From Rhodospirillales bacterium (GTDB lineage: Bacteria > Pseudomonadota > Alphaproteobacteria > Bin95), in the NCBI GenBank assembly GCA_038143065.1, contig JAYQLI010000050.1, forward strand, positions 2,386-66,385: a stretch of DNA of 64,000 nt. Direction: 5' to 3'. The first letter of the stretch is position 1. Each line of letters starts with the position of its first letter. This document shows, piece by piece, positions 21,707-30,052 of the stretch. The notes under the pieces were generated by a model. That model saw only the letters and a list, made by a program, of their open reading frames with translations. It did no database searches and was not told the origin of the DNA. The translations under genes and the position numbers were made by a program.

Positions 21707-22356
21707 TGTCAGAATAAACCACCTTGCCCTAAAGTGCTGTGCAAATTAGCGTCTATGCCATGCCTAACCCTGGCGTGCCCCCATTGGGTGATCCGGTTTG
21801 AATGTAAGTGTATTGTCGGCCTTTGGTCCATCGGAACGATGCTATCCGATGCAGGCGGACGATAGCCCAATGAACTGTGTGGCCTGACGGTGTTGTAATG
21901 AATGCGCCATTTCTCGATTAGGATTTGGGCCTCCTTTAAGCCGTAGAACAGTTCGCCATTGAGCAGCTCGTCGCGGAACCGAGCGTTGAAGCTTTCACAG
22001 TATCCATTTTCCCAGGGTGATCCAGGTTCGATATAGGCGGTTTTGGCGCCGACAGCGGCGATCCAGTCCCGCACCTTCTGTGCAATGAACTCAGGGCCGT
22101 TATCTGACCTGATGTATTCTGGTGGCCCACGCAGTATGAACAGGTCCGTCAAAGCGTCCAGCACATCGGTTGAGTTGAGCTTGCGATCGACGCGGATCAT
22201 AAGTGCCTCCCGTTTGTATTCATCGATGATGTTCAGTGTCCGATAGGCCCGCCCGTCAGCCGTGCGATCTTGGACGAAGTCATAGGACCAGACATGGTTC
22301 GCGCGTTCAGGCTTGAGGCGCACGCACGATCCATCGTTCAGCCAGAGCCGTGATTT
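21707..22356 (-). mobile_element. IS3-family element remnant (3' two-thirds of orfB plus terminal ...CA end), copy A
   Basis: HVWSYDFV, LNIIDEYKREAL, IRSDNGPEF, PGSPWENGYCESFNARFRDELL, YNTVRPHSSLGYRPPA (DDE integrase core); no orfA; the element end is TGTCAGAATAAACC at 21707. Confidence 0.8.
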
Positions 22357-22382
22357 CTGTTAATTTGGATGATAACTGCTGA

Positions 22383-23261
22383 CTATGGCTTGTACTTGTC
22401 TTCAAATTCATAACCATACTCAAGCCCGAGATCCGCATTCGTTGAAAGTTCATAGGTTTTCTGACGTAAATAATCCATTAAAGCCCTTGTATCTTTGGCG
22501 TATGGAGCAAGTTCTTGGAAGGTCATAGGCTCTCCGACTGCAACCTTGACTTTACTATCCACGCGAGATCTAAACTCTTTGATCATTAAACCCATGCGCA
22601 GCGTGTAATGCAAGTGACTGGCAAGTTGGAACAGTCGGCTTGTATGGCCGTCAAAGTAAATCGGAACTACGGAAGCGTTCGATTTGATGATCAGGCGCGC
22701 AGTGAAGGCTCTCCAATTAGGATCCAAGGGCTGAGAAAATGGCTTCGCTGCAGTTGAGACGGTACCGCCTGGAAAGATGCCTATGCATCCACCATTTTTC
22801 AGATAATCCAACGCAGTTTTCCGCGTTTGAAGATTTATTTCTAAGGCCTCTTTGTTGGCATCAAAAGAAATTGGTAAAATTACTCGATTAAGGTCTTCAG
22901 ATTTTTTGAAGACTTTATGGGCTAATATCCGAAAATCTGGACGTGTTTCATCCAAAATACGACCCAACATCAATCCATCTAAAATACCATAGGGATGGTT
23001 TGAAATAACAATTAACGGGCCTTCTTTGGGAATGGTCGAAAGCGAACCAAGCAGTACATCAAGCTCCAGACCATATCGTTCAACAATAACATTCCAAAAG
23101 GAATAACCTGCCTTAATTTCATCTTGATATCCTCTGGCCCGCTTAAGCAGCCCAATGCGACCTGTCATATTCTCCATAAGCTTAATGATAGTTCGCCCGC
23201 CTTTTGACTGGGCCGAATGTGCATAACTAATTTCTTTTACGTCTTTAGCATTCTCTAACAT
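22383..23261 (-). CDS. PlsC-like lysophospholipid acyltransferase (uninterrupted, 292 aa)
   Basis: HX4D motif in VISNHPYGILDGLML and block III IGIFPGGTVS; overlaps the upstream acyltransferase gene by 7 bp. Confidence 0.75.
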   Translation of the reverse strand: MLENAKDVKEISYAHSAQSKGGRTIIKLMENMTGRIGLLKRARGYQDEIKAGYSFWNVIVERYGLELDVLLGSLSTIPKEGPLIVISNHPYGILDGLMLGRILDETRPDFRILAHKVFKKSEDLNRVILPISFDANKEALEINLQTRKTALDYLKNGGCIGIFPGGTVSTAAKPFSQPLDPNWRAFTARLIIKSNASVVPIYFDGHTSRLFQLASHLHYTLRMGLMIKEFRSRVDSKVKVAVGEPMTFQELAPYAKDTRALMDYLRQKTYELSTNADLGLEYGYEFEDKYKP

Positions 23262-24148
23262 GTTTTTATGCCTCGAATTAATTTATCGCTTTGCAAAATA
23301 TCTAACCAATGCTGCGGCACATTGCGTTTCTGAGTATTTTCTGCCTGCTTATCCAGAGAAATCACGATTTCTTTCAACATATTGGTAGCAATTTTTGGAT
23401 CCCGACTTAGCGACTGCGGGCAAACTGACGGACCAATATTGACGTCAAAACGAAAGCGCCTTTTGTTCAAAGTCTCTTTAAACAGCGTAATATCGCGCAA
23501 GGTCGGATGAATCATGTCAAATAAATAAAAGAGATAAGAGTTTCGTGCAGCTATATGGACTGGGATAAGCGGACAATTGTATTTTTGTGCCACTGTTACA
23601 GCAGACGTCATCCAGTTTCGTTCAACCAATTTAAAGCCTTTGCGCTTCGCAAGTCGCCCAGATGGAAATATCACACCCAATTTTTCATTTTGAATCGCAG
23701 TTTTTATGAAGCGCAGAGTGGCTTGTGTGCTTGATTTTCTGCGTTTTTCTTTGCGCCATTCTACTGGCGCAATATGTTCTTCTAGTTGTGGGAAGATACG
23801 TAAATTGTCATTATTTGCAAAATAATACAAATCTCGCCGCTTAGTGCTGAGTACTTTGTATAAAATTATGGCGTCTGCGATGCCGGTTGGATGATTGGCA
23901 ACGATTAACGCCGATCCAGTTTCTGGAATATTCTGTAAACCAGCGATATTTACTTGGCGCGCAATTTCAGTACTGAGTTTGTTTAGCACATCCGTACCCG
24001 ATAGGTGCTCCAGATTTTTAGCCTCAGTAACTGTATTATTGTAATCAAGACAGAATTTTTGAAATGTATCTAACGCAGCCGTTAAAGGCGATTGTGACGA
24101 AAGCCATGGCGCTCGCTCATGTATCAGCCTATCTATAATGAGATCCAT
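23255..24148 (-). CDS. PlsC-like acyltransferase (uninterrupted, 297 aa)
   Basis: HX4D motif in LIVANHPTGIADAIIL and GVIFPSGRLA block; first gene of a two-gene operon. Confidence 0.75.
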   Translation of the reverse strand: MDLIIDRLIHERAPWLSSQSPLTAALDTFQKFCLDYNNTVTEAKNLEHLSGTDVLNKLSTEIARQVNIAGLQNIPETGSALIVANHPTGIADAIILYKVLSTKRRDLYYFANNDNLRIFPQLEEHIAPVEWRKEKRRKSSTQATLRFIKTAIQNEKLGVIFPSGRLAKRKGFKLVERNWMTSAVTVAQKYNCPLIPVHIAARNSYLFYLFDMIHPTLRDITLFKETLNKRRFRFDVNIGPSVCPQSLSRDPKIATNMLKEIVISLDKQAENTQKRNVPQHWLDILQSDKLIRGIKTC

Positions 24149-25104
24149 GCGATTTTACGAATGCCTTGCTACTTAAAATCATCGGAACTAACGCAACAGT
24201 TGCTTATGTCAGAGCTTACAATGCTGAAATTAAAAAGTTGAAAATTAAACAAGTATTTGCATAACCAAGCCATCTTAAATCCCTCATGTTACCCTGTTAG
24301 TGTAGGCGTGTTTTGTAACAATTTCTTATCAAGCAGAAAAAAATGAAAAATAGTTTAGACCTTATATGAGTTACCTCACGATGCCACCCGAGATCCCACC
24401 TTCATGATATGTACCCACACCTTCAAAACCTTTTACAAATGAACATCAGTTTTAAACAATAATTGTAGCACATCTTTGTCATAAAATCATTTTTGAGTAT
24501 ATAGAGAATTTACTTGACCATAAACTGAAGACTAAATTAATCGGAGCAAGTGTTAAGTTAGTAGTTCAAATCGGTGGCGTATCTGCCGCACGTTCGAAGA
24601 ATTCCAGAAGAATTAAAACAAAATAAATAGCGCAGTGGAATTTTTATAGATGTTTACTTTGAAACTTAGCCGCTCAATAGAAGTAAACTGGCAGTTTAAT
24701 GCCGCTAACCGGTCGCTCAAACTCCGCAAGGCAACGCGTAAGGGCTCTGAAAGTATTCCCTAAAATCTGTACTACTGACTTTGGTTTTTTATTCAGCCCA
24801 AAAACGTTTTGAGTTCTATTTCAAGGCGCCCTTTAAGGCAAGTGCCGCATAAATCGATCAAAGGTACGCCAAGAAATATAGGCATCAATTACAAGCGTCG
24901 ACGCTCATCATTTTGCCAAGCGCTATTTATTGAACCAGTAGATTTATGCTATGCTATCAACTGATCTGAATTCTGTTCCTATGATAGCAATTAATATATT
25001 CGAAAGCACTTAATCTATTGCAGCAAAACTTTCATCAAGGATATCTCAGGTTAAATTCATTCATTTACAGGCGCAAGAGGATCAGTATGCAAACCAATGC
25101 AAAT

Positions 25105-25345
25105 CTATCCAGGCAGCCCGTGGGAATGTGGAGGGATTAGAGAAACGATGCGGGACACTGTTGTCCCGACATATGATACTGGCTGACGTCGAACGGGACC
25201 CTGCGAAAAGAACTCCTCAACGCAGAATGAGTTCCTCACCACCGCGTCAAGCCCAGGTCGCTGTCAATCTTTGGCTCAGGCAATACAACCAGATCAGACC
25301 TCATCACGCTATCTAAACATGCGCCCACCCGTCCCAGAAACCTTA
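25105..25345 (+). mobile_element. Short 3' remnant of an IS3-family orfB (present in copy A only)
   Basis: ...GTLRKELLNAE... and ...LWLRQYNQIRPHHA... in shifted frames; higher GC than the flanks; copy B has about 170 bp of unrelated AT-rich sequence here. Confidence 0.45.
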
Positions 25346-25361
25346 TTAGGTCGCTCAAATG

Positions 25362-25496
25362 CTATGGACGAATATTAGGGGCTAGACGCTTAAGCACGGT
25401 AAGCAGTCGTTCTTCCATTCGAGTGATGGCAGCGAGGGTAGCTTCTGACAATTTGTCGATCTTATCCTCCATGCGTGTAAGGCGGTCTTCGCTCAT
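25362..25496 (-). CDS. Hypothetical 44-aa coiled-coil-like protein
   Basis: AGGAAG 8 nt upstream of the ATG; MSEDRLTRMEDKIDKLSEATLAAITRMEERLLTVLKRLAPNIRP has heptad-like spacing; the copy B version is frameshifted. Confidence 0.35.
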   Translation of the reverse strand: MSEDRLTRMEDKIDKLSEATLAAITRMEERLLTVLKRLAPNIRP

Positions 25497-25566
25497 AATC
25501 AATGCTTCCTGATTCTTTCGAAAATCGTGTGAATTGTTAAGGTTTGATGACTTTTTCCACAGTTTT

Positions 25567-25802
25567 TGTGGATAAAAATGTGAGTAAGATAAGAAAGTTG
25601 GGGATAAGTCAGCCACCTTGTCAAAATGCCGCACTTTGGGCTTTGTGGATAGCAGAATCTCGTGTACTCTTAAATTAATCTAGTCTGGGGGGTAACGAAA
25701 TTTCAGGCTTAAAACTGGCAACGGATTTAAGGCTAAAACGGATTTACCACTGTCGGATTACAGATGTTGGAGAGGGTTATGATCTTCGGATTATTATCCA
25801 CA
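25567..25802. promoter_or_regulatory. Cluster of four DnaA-box-like 9-mers
   Basis: TGTGGATAA (25567-25575, perfect reverse complement of TTATCCACA), TGGGGATAA (25599-25607, 8/9), TGTGGATAG (25644-25652, 8/9), TTATCCACA (25794-25802, perfect); next to about 1 kb of AT-rich non-coding DNA. Confidence 0.45.
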
Positions 25803-26220
25803 AAAGCATCGGCGGTTAAATTGTGAAAACAAACTCTTCGGAGATTGCGGAAACAAATTAAACGCAGGAGGCGTTGGTTCGCTAACGCTGAAGGTAACTG
25901 GTGAGTTAGATTACAGATGCTGGGAAGGTTCTGATCTTCGGATAAGAAAACGGAAAGGCATCGGCGTGATAGAATTAGTGAGTAATGTCTTCGGATTTTA
26001 CGCCCTTTGACTAAAACGCAGGACGCATTGGCTCGCTAATGCTGAAGGTAATCGGCAAGTTAGACTACAGATGTTGGAAAGGTTTTGATTTTCGGATCAT
26101 CATCATCGAAGGCATCGGCGATTAGGTGGCGGAAGTGTTGTCTTCGGATAATGTGCCCGTAAACTTAGACGCAGGACGCAATGGTTCGCCCATGCTGAAG
26201 GTGGCTGACAGATGGATTAG
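25756..26220 (+). repeat. Three tandem units of about 154 bp (25756-25908, 25909-26062, 26063-26206, plus a 14-bp partial fourth), candidate structured ncRNA
   Basis: Conserved blocks GAYTACAGATGYTGG, GCATCGGCG, ACGCAGGASGC and GCTGAAGGT. Each unit has three hairpins capped by UUCG (one CUCG). The stems differ between units but stay paired. No ORF of 60 aa or more covers the first two units and most of the third on either strand (26126..26308 enters the end of the array). Confidence 0.7.
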
Positions 26221-26251
26221 AACAAGTGGCCGTTCAACAAGGAGCTTCTCC

Positions 26252-26308
26252 ATGTTGGGCGGTCATTTTGTTTTTGACTTACCCTTTTTGGGCCAGCCAG
26301 CCTTCTGA
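26252..26308 (+). CDS. Possible 18-codon ORF directly after the repeat array
   Basis: AAGGAG 7 nt upstream of the ATG; MLGGHFVFDLPFLGQPAF; its first bases ATGTTGGG mimic the ATGYTGG that opens each repeat unit; broken in copy B by one extra T. Confidence 0.25.
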   Translation: MLGGHFVFDLPFLGQPAF

Positions 26309-26589
26309 AGTTCTCGTTTTCGGAGGATTGAATGTTGGTCAATGGAATAGTCATGACAAACCGATGAAGTGGTCTGTCAGTGTTAAAAGTGATACCCTTT
26401 AAGTTTATAAGGGCGCGACATCGTTTGGATCAAGGTCCCCGTCCTGGCGGGAAGAATGGGTGTGTAAATTGCCTCGCAAGAATTTTCCAAGCTCAGAAAA
26501 TGGGTCAACTTCCTCCTATCACTCCTAAACATCTAAGTTCTGGCCCGCGTTTCATCTTCTAACAAAATCCTAATAAGTGTTTTTGTCAT
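26290..26589 (-). pseudogene. PHP-domain phosphoesterase, N-terminal remnant
   Basis: MTKTLIRILLEDE..., then GNLHTHSSRQDGDLDPNDVARLYKLKGY.F..LTDHF (PHP motif HxH...DG...TDH) in shifted frames; no continuation beyond about 100 codons. Confidence 0.5.
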
Positions 26590-26617
26590 GCTTTTTCTTC
26601 TGTTTTGTAAATTAAAT

Positions 26618-26741
26618 TTCCTGTTCTCGCTAATTTAATTCCTGTTAAATTTGGAAGTAAAATCATCTCTACCCAATAAAATTGGGATTTGAGGATCAAA
26701 TGGAAGCTATTTTTGTTTATTTTCCCGTTATTTTCCCTGTT
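26618..26741. repeat. Four TTCC(C)TGTT / TTCCCGTT short direct repeats, possible integrase arm-type sites
   Basis: TTCCTGTT at 26618 and 26639, TTCCCGTT at 26722, TTCCCTGTT at 26733; 100-230 bp from the 16-bp core at 26847. Confidence 0.3.
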
Positions 26742-26846
26742 AACAGAGACTTTATCAAAACAGGAGCGTTCGGCACTCAACACGGCGACAATTCTCCATT
26801 TTTTTGAATAAATTCAATGATATCAGTGGCCTGGACCATTTATCGG

Positions 26847-26862
26847 GACCGCTTTTGGGACC
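26847..26862. repeat. 16-bp sequence GACCGCTTTTGGGACC, single copy here, duplicated around an insertion in copy B
   Basis: Identical 16-mers at 53264-53279 and 55164-55179 bracket 1884 bp that is absent from copy A; located 85 bp upstream of the integrase start. Confidence 0.6.
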
Positions 26863-26947
26863 ACTTGGTCAGATTTTGCTGTATTTCGTCAAAGCTGGAC
26901 AGGCAAAGAGGGTTGATCCGTCTCACAGTTAGATTCAAAACTATGAG

Positions 26948-28229
26948 ATGGACCCCAAGATGCCAAAACTCCCCGCCTATGTCTTTAGACGCCAGAACGG
27001 CTCGTATCGCTATAAAAGAAACGTTCCTAAAAAGCTCAGACCCCTGATTGGAAAGGATACGCTCTATCGGCAACTGGGGGAGAGCTACTCAGAGGCGATG
27101 AAAGTCCTTCCCAAAGTGCACTTGGAAATAGAGCAACTGTTTGCAGTAGAAGAGATGATGCCTGCCAATGAACGAGCCCTGGCGTTTATCAGAGCAGTGC
27201 TGGGCGAGGACGTTGCGGATATGGTCAGCGGGGCAGGTGGTTGAGTATAGCCAAGAGGACTATGCGCTGAATGAGCTGGCCCAAACGATTGCTTGGCAAA
27301 CTGCCACAGGAAGTGGTGAGGCAAATCTACAACGGTAAGCTACAGTCGCCGCCCATGACACTGGATACAGTCTTAAGTGAATATGCAGCCTATAAAGCCG
27401 GGGAAGTGTGAGAGATAAAGATGCCCTTACGTATCAATAGCTGCGCAAAGACCTTAAAAGCAGCCTGGGAGAGCATAAGCTGGAAAAGGGTAGCCTGGCA
27501 GAGATTACCAGAGCAGATGCCAATGCTTTCGGGACCACTTACTGGAGCGAATGAAGCCCAACTCAGTGCTGAGGAATGTGGCCGTTGTAAAGGCAGCCGT
27601 GAACTACGTGATAACAGAACATAGCCTTACCATTCCAAACGTATTCAACGGATTGAAGATAAAAAGGGGCAGGGCGAGCGTCGAGGATAGGCATCCGCTG
27701 ACGGACGAGCATATCGCCATAGCAACCCCTGCTATCAGAATGACCCGCTTGCCTGGGCACTCTTCGTCACCTTGATAGATACAGGTGCAAGGCTGTCGGA
27801 AATCGTAGGGCTAGAAGTCCAAGATGTGGACCTGCAGGAGCGCTCAATAACCATACGCCCCAACAACATTAGAGGTCCTAAGACCAAAGGTCACATAGAA
27901 CACTCCCACTGAGCCACAGGGCAGCAGAGACACTGCAGGAGCGTAGAAAGGCAAAAAGAAGATGGGAGGCTATATTCCCAAATACGCTCGCCCACGTGGC
28001 AATGATGCTGCCTTTGCTATGCTCATGAAGCGCTCAGGAACCATAATCACAGATAAGAAAGCTTACCATGCACTCACTACGCCACCGCATGAAGGACAAG
28101 CTGAGGAATACAGGCTGCCCGGAGGCCATCTCAATGGCCATCCTAGGGCATGGTTCTAACACAGTCGCTGCCAACTATGGCTCAGCTGTTTTAGACGTCA
28201 TGAGAGAGCATATGGAGAAGGTGTGGTAG
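26948..28229 (+). pseudogene. Tyrosine-type site-specific integrase, full length but frameshifted
   Basis: MPKLPAYVFRRQNGSYRYKRNVPKKLRPLIGK (N-terminal domain), LRNVAVVKAAVNYVITEH, LTDEHI, ...GHGSNTVAANYG...MREHMEKVW spread over at least 4 frames. Confidence 0.8.
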
Positions 28230-29049
28230 TTTCAGAATCCGTAAGAAAGTTCAAATTACAAGGTATTCGAACCTTTGCTTATAATTGGGCTGTTTTTTAC
28301 CTTACTAGGCAAAAAATTCAAAGCAAAGCTCTTATTCTGCCAGCCAATATCAGAGTAGAATATCTTATTTGATGAAAACGTCCTTCACAGAGTTTGTTTA
28401 TTAACGGGTAAAGGAATAAGGCCCTGCCCACATAATGACAGATGGGTGTCAGACACAAAATTTCTGAACGCATTTACTATCATATGTTTTTCGAAACTGA
28501 GAATATTAAGAGGCTGAGATATTTGACAAAAATGACGAATCAACGAGTGTACCATGAAAATTCATTTTTTTTGCCAAATTTTTCAGTTAAAAGCTTGGAA
28601 CCCTGAATCGATAGTTCTAAAATCCAACTTTCAGAATGTTTTTTGCAGATAATTCCTGAAAGTGGTTGAAATAACTGCAACATCAAGGGACTTAAATGGG
28701 AGCCCTCATTTTGGATAATTTTAATGAGATCTATGAATTGGATAATTTTACTCTTGCAACCCCACCAATCACTTTATCATTCATCTTTGATCGAGGGCAA
28801 AACGTGAAGTTGAGCCAACTCCAGTGTAAGATGGATACGATTTATGTAGGCAGCACCGACAGAAAAGTTCAAGAAAATGATATTTAAAGTTACCAAACCA
28901 CAGAAAACAGATCGATACCACACCAATCAAACGTTCAATAACACTTTTCCTGGACCATATTTCCATATGAGTGGGATCGGGATAAGTAAGCCGCTTAATT
29001 AAAAATCCGTGAGTTTTATTGAGAACTGTGAACACACATAATCATCATA

Positions 29050-29120
29050 GTACATGGTTCAAACACAGTCGCTGCAAACTGCGATTGAATTGCGTTCGTC
29101 GCTCGTTGAAGCTAGGATCA
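29050..29120 (+). pseudogene. C-terminal scrap of a related integrase
   Basis: CATGGTTCAAACACAGTCGCTGCAAACT matches CATGGTTCTAACACAGTCGCTGCCAACT at 28150-28177 (HGSNTVAAN). Confidence 0.35.
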
Positions 29121-29766
29121 AGTGCGGAGTTAAACATTCTAAGCCAATACAGCCTGCACTTCAAAGAGTTGCATGCGATATAGCGTTTCTGGCAGTGCTT
29201 CGCTTTGGTTCCAAAATCAAGACCAAAGGGCAACAATTAGATCGCCTACCTTGATCACAGGGTCCTAATGCTTTAGGATCGCTTCAACAGCTTTTGATCC
29301 AAATGCATGATACAATCCTCCTTTAGTCCGATCCATTTTCACTCTCTATTTTGCTAATTTGGTCAGTTTTTGATGCTATCAAATCAGTCAAAAATGGTGA
29401 TATCAGATTAAAATCAGGTGAACGATGAAACTTCTATAGCAAATGTCAAAGCTCAAATTGTGAAGTGCTATTAAAAGCTTCCCAGGGCGCAATTATTATT
29501 TGGCTAATCCAAACAAGTTACCAGAGTGCCCCAGAGTGGCACGAGGAAGACACTTTAAAGACTAACCATAAGAGGGGTATCAAAAAAGGAAGTGCTTAAA
29601 GAGAGCATCAGAGAGCAACCTTAGTGACATAGAAAAAATATCTCAAAGCTATGGAAATAAAGACAGCCCTAATAGCAGACGATAAAGAATAAATTGTATT
29701 GTAGTTTGTTCTAAGCTGACAGGGTATTGGGAACACCCAAACCCTTATGTATTATATATTATTATA

Positions 29767-29811
29767 TTACGACTTACATATTACGTCTTACGAATTACCC
29801 TTACAGCTTAT
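29767..29811. repeat. Heptad-periodic TTACNNN repeat (6-7 units)
   Basis: TTAC at 29767, 29774, 29781, 29788, 29795 and 29801, and TTAT at 29808. Confidence 0.5.
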
Positions 29812-29818
29812 CCTTTAA

Positions 29819-29848
29819 CCTTAGGAGCCTTTCCTGAGGTGTTTTTTT
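29819..29848 (+). terminator. Rho-independent-terminator-like hairpin
   Basis: CCTTAGG-agccttt-CCTGAGG (7 bp, one G-U pair) followed by TGTTTTTTT. Confidence 0.4.
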
Positions 29849-29881
29849 ATTTTTGTATTAAGAACAGAAAGATATTTTAGA

Positions 29882-30052
29882 ATGACCAAGTATATTGATC
29901 CAAAGCTCTCCCAAGAGACCCTAGAAACCTACCAAGGCTATAGCCTTCAGGTGTTTACCTCAGGGCGCATTAAGCTGAGCTTTCATAAGAGCCATAAAGA
30001 CAGAGTAGAGTACTATGCAGTAAAGCCTAAGCGCTCAAGAGGAAGCCTATAA
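29882..30052 (+). CDS. Hypothetical 56-aa ORF
   Basis: MTKYIDPKLSQETLETYQGYSLQVFTSGRIKLSFHKSHKDRVEYYAVKPKRSRGSL; no recognisable family; downstream frames contain further ORF debris. Confidence 0.2.
   Translation: MTKYIDPKLSQETLETYQGYSLQVFTSGRIKLSFHKSHKDRVEYYAVKPKRSRGSL

Larger units (their letters stand above)
7116..27593. repeat. Segmental duplication, copy A
   Basis: Colinear with 33635-55916. The offset is exactly 26610 for 10581-16229. Homology starts at the DUF1045 ATG and ends inside the integrase gene, where copy B is cut by an IS3 end. Confidence 0.9.

Noticed and set aside
24190-24215. Pho box upstream of the intact acyltransferase operon (CTGACATAAGCAACTGTT on the minus strand)
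   Set aside because: The second half-site is offset by 2 nt from the required 11-bp periodicity and matches poorly.
25762-25824. Type I toxin-like peptide inside unit 1 (MLERVMIFGLLSTKASAVKL)
   Set aside because: The equivalent frames in units 2 and 3 stop after 5 codons (MLGRF, MLERF) and there is no RBS. Coding potential is not conserved across units.
25756-26220. CRISPR array
   Set aside because: Units are about 154 bp and contiguous, with no alternation of a short constant repeat and unique spacers. No cas genes are present in the window.
25756-26220. Tandem glycine (or other known tandem) riboswitch, because of GGAGAG and CTGAAGG motifs
   Set aside because: Motif order and spacing do not match the glycine aptamer as I remember it (GGAGAG ... 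ACCGAAGG ... CTCAGGC). There are three units rather than two, and no amino-acid metabolism gene lies downstream.
26586-26783. 65-aa minus-strand ORF whose stop overlaps the PHP remnant ATG
   Set aside because: It has a non-ATG start, a low-complexity AT-rich translation, and the frame is not preserved in copy B (53121-53315 reads differently).
28255-28290. tRNA 3' fragment or att site (CAAGGTATTCGAACCTTTG resembles a T-arm)
   Set aside because: The loop is 8 nt rather than the canonical 7-nt TTCGAAT context. There is no acceptor stem, no CCA context and no remaining tRNA structure.
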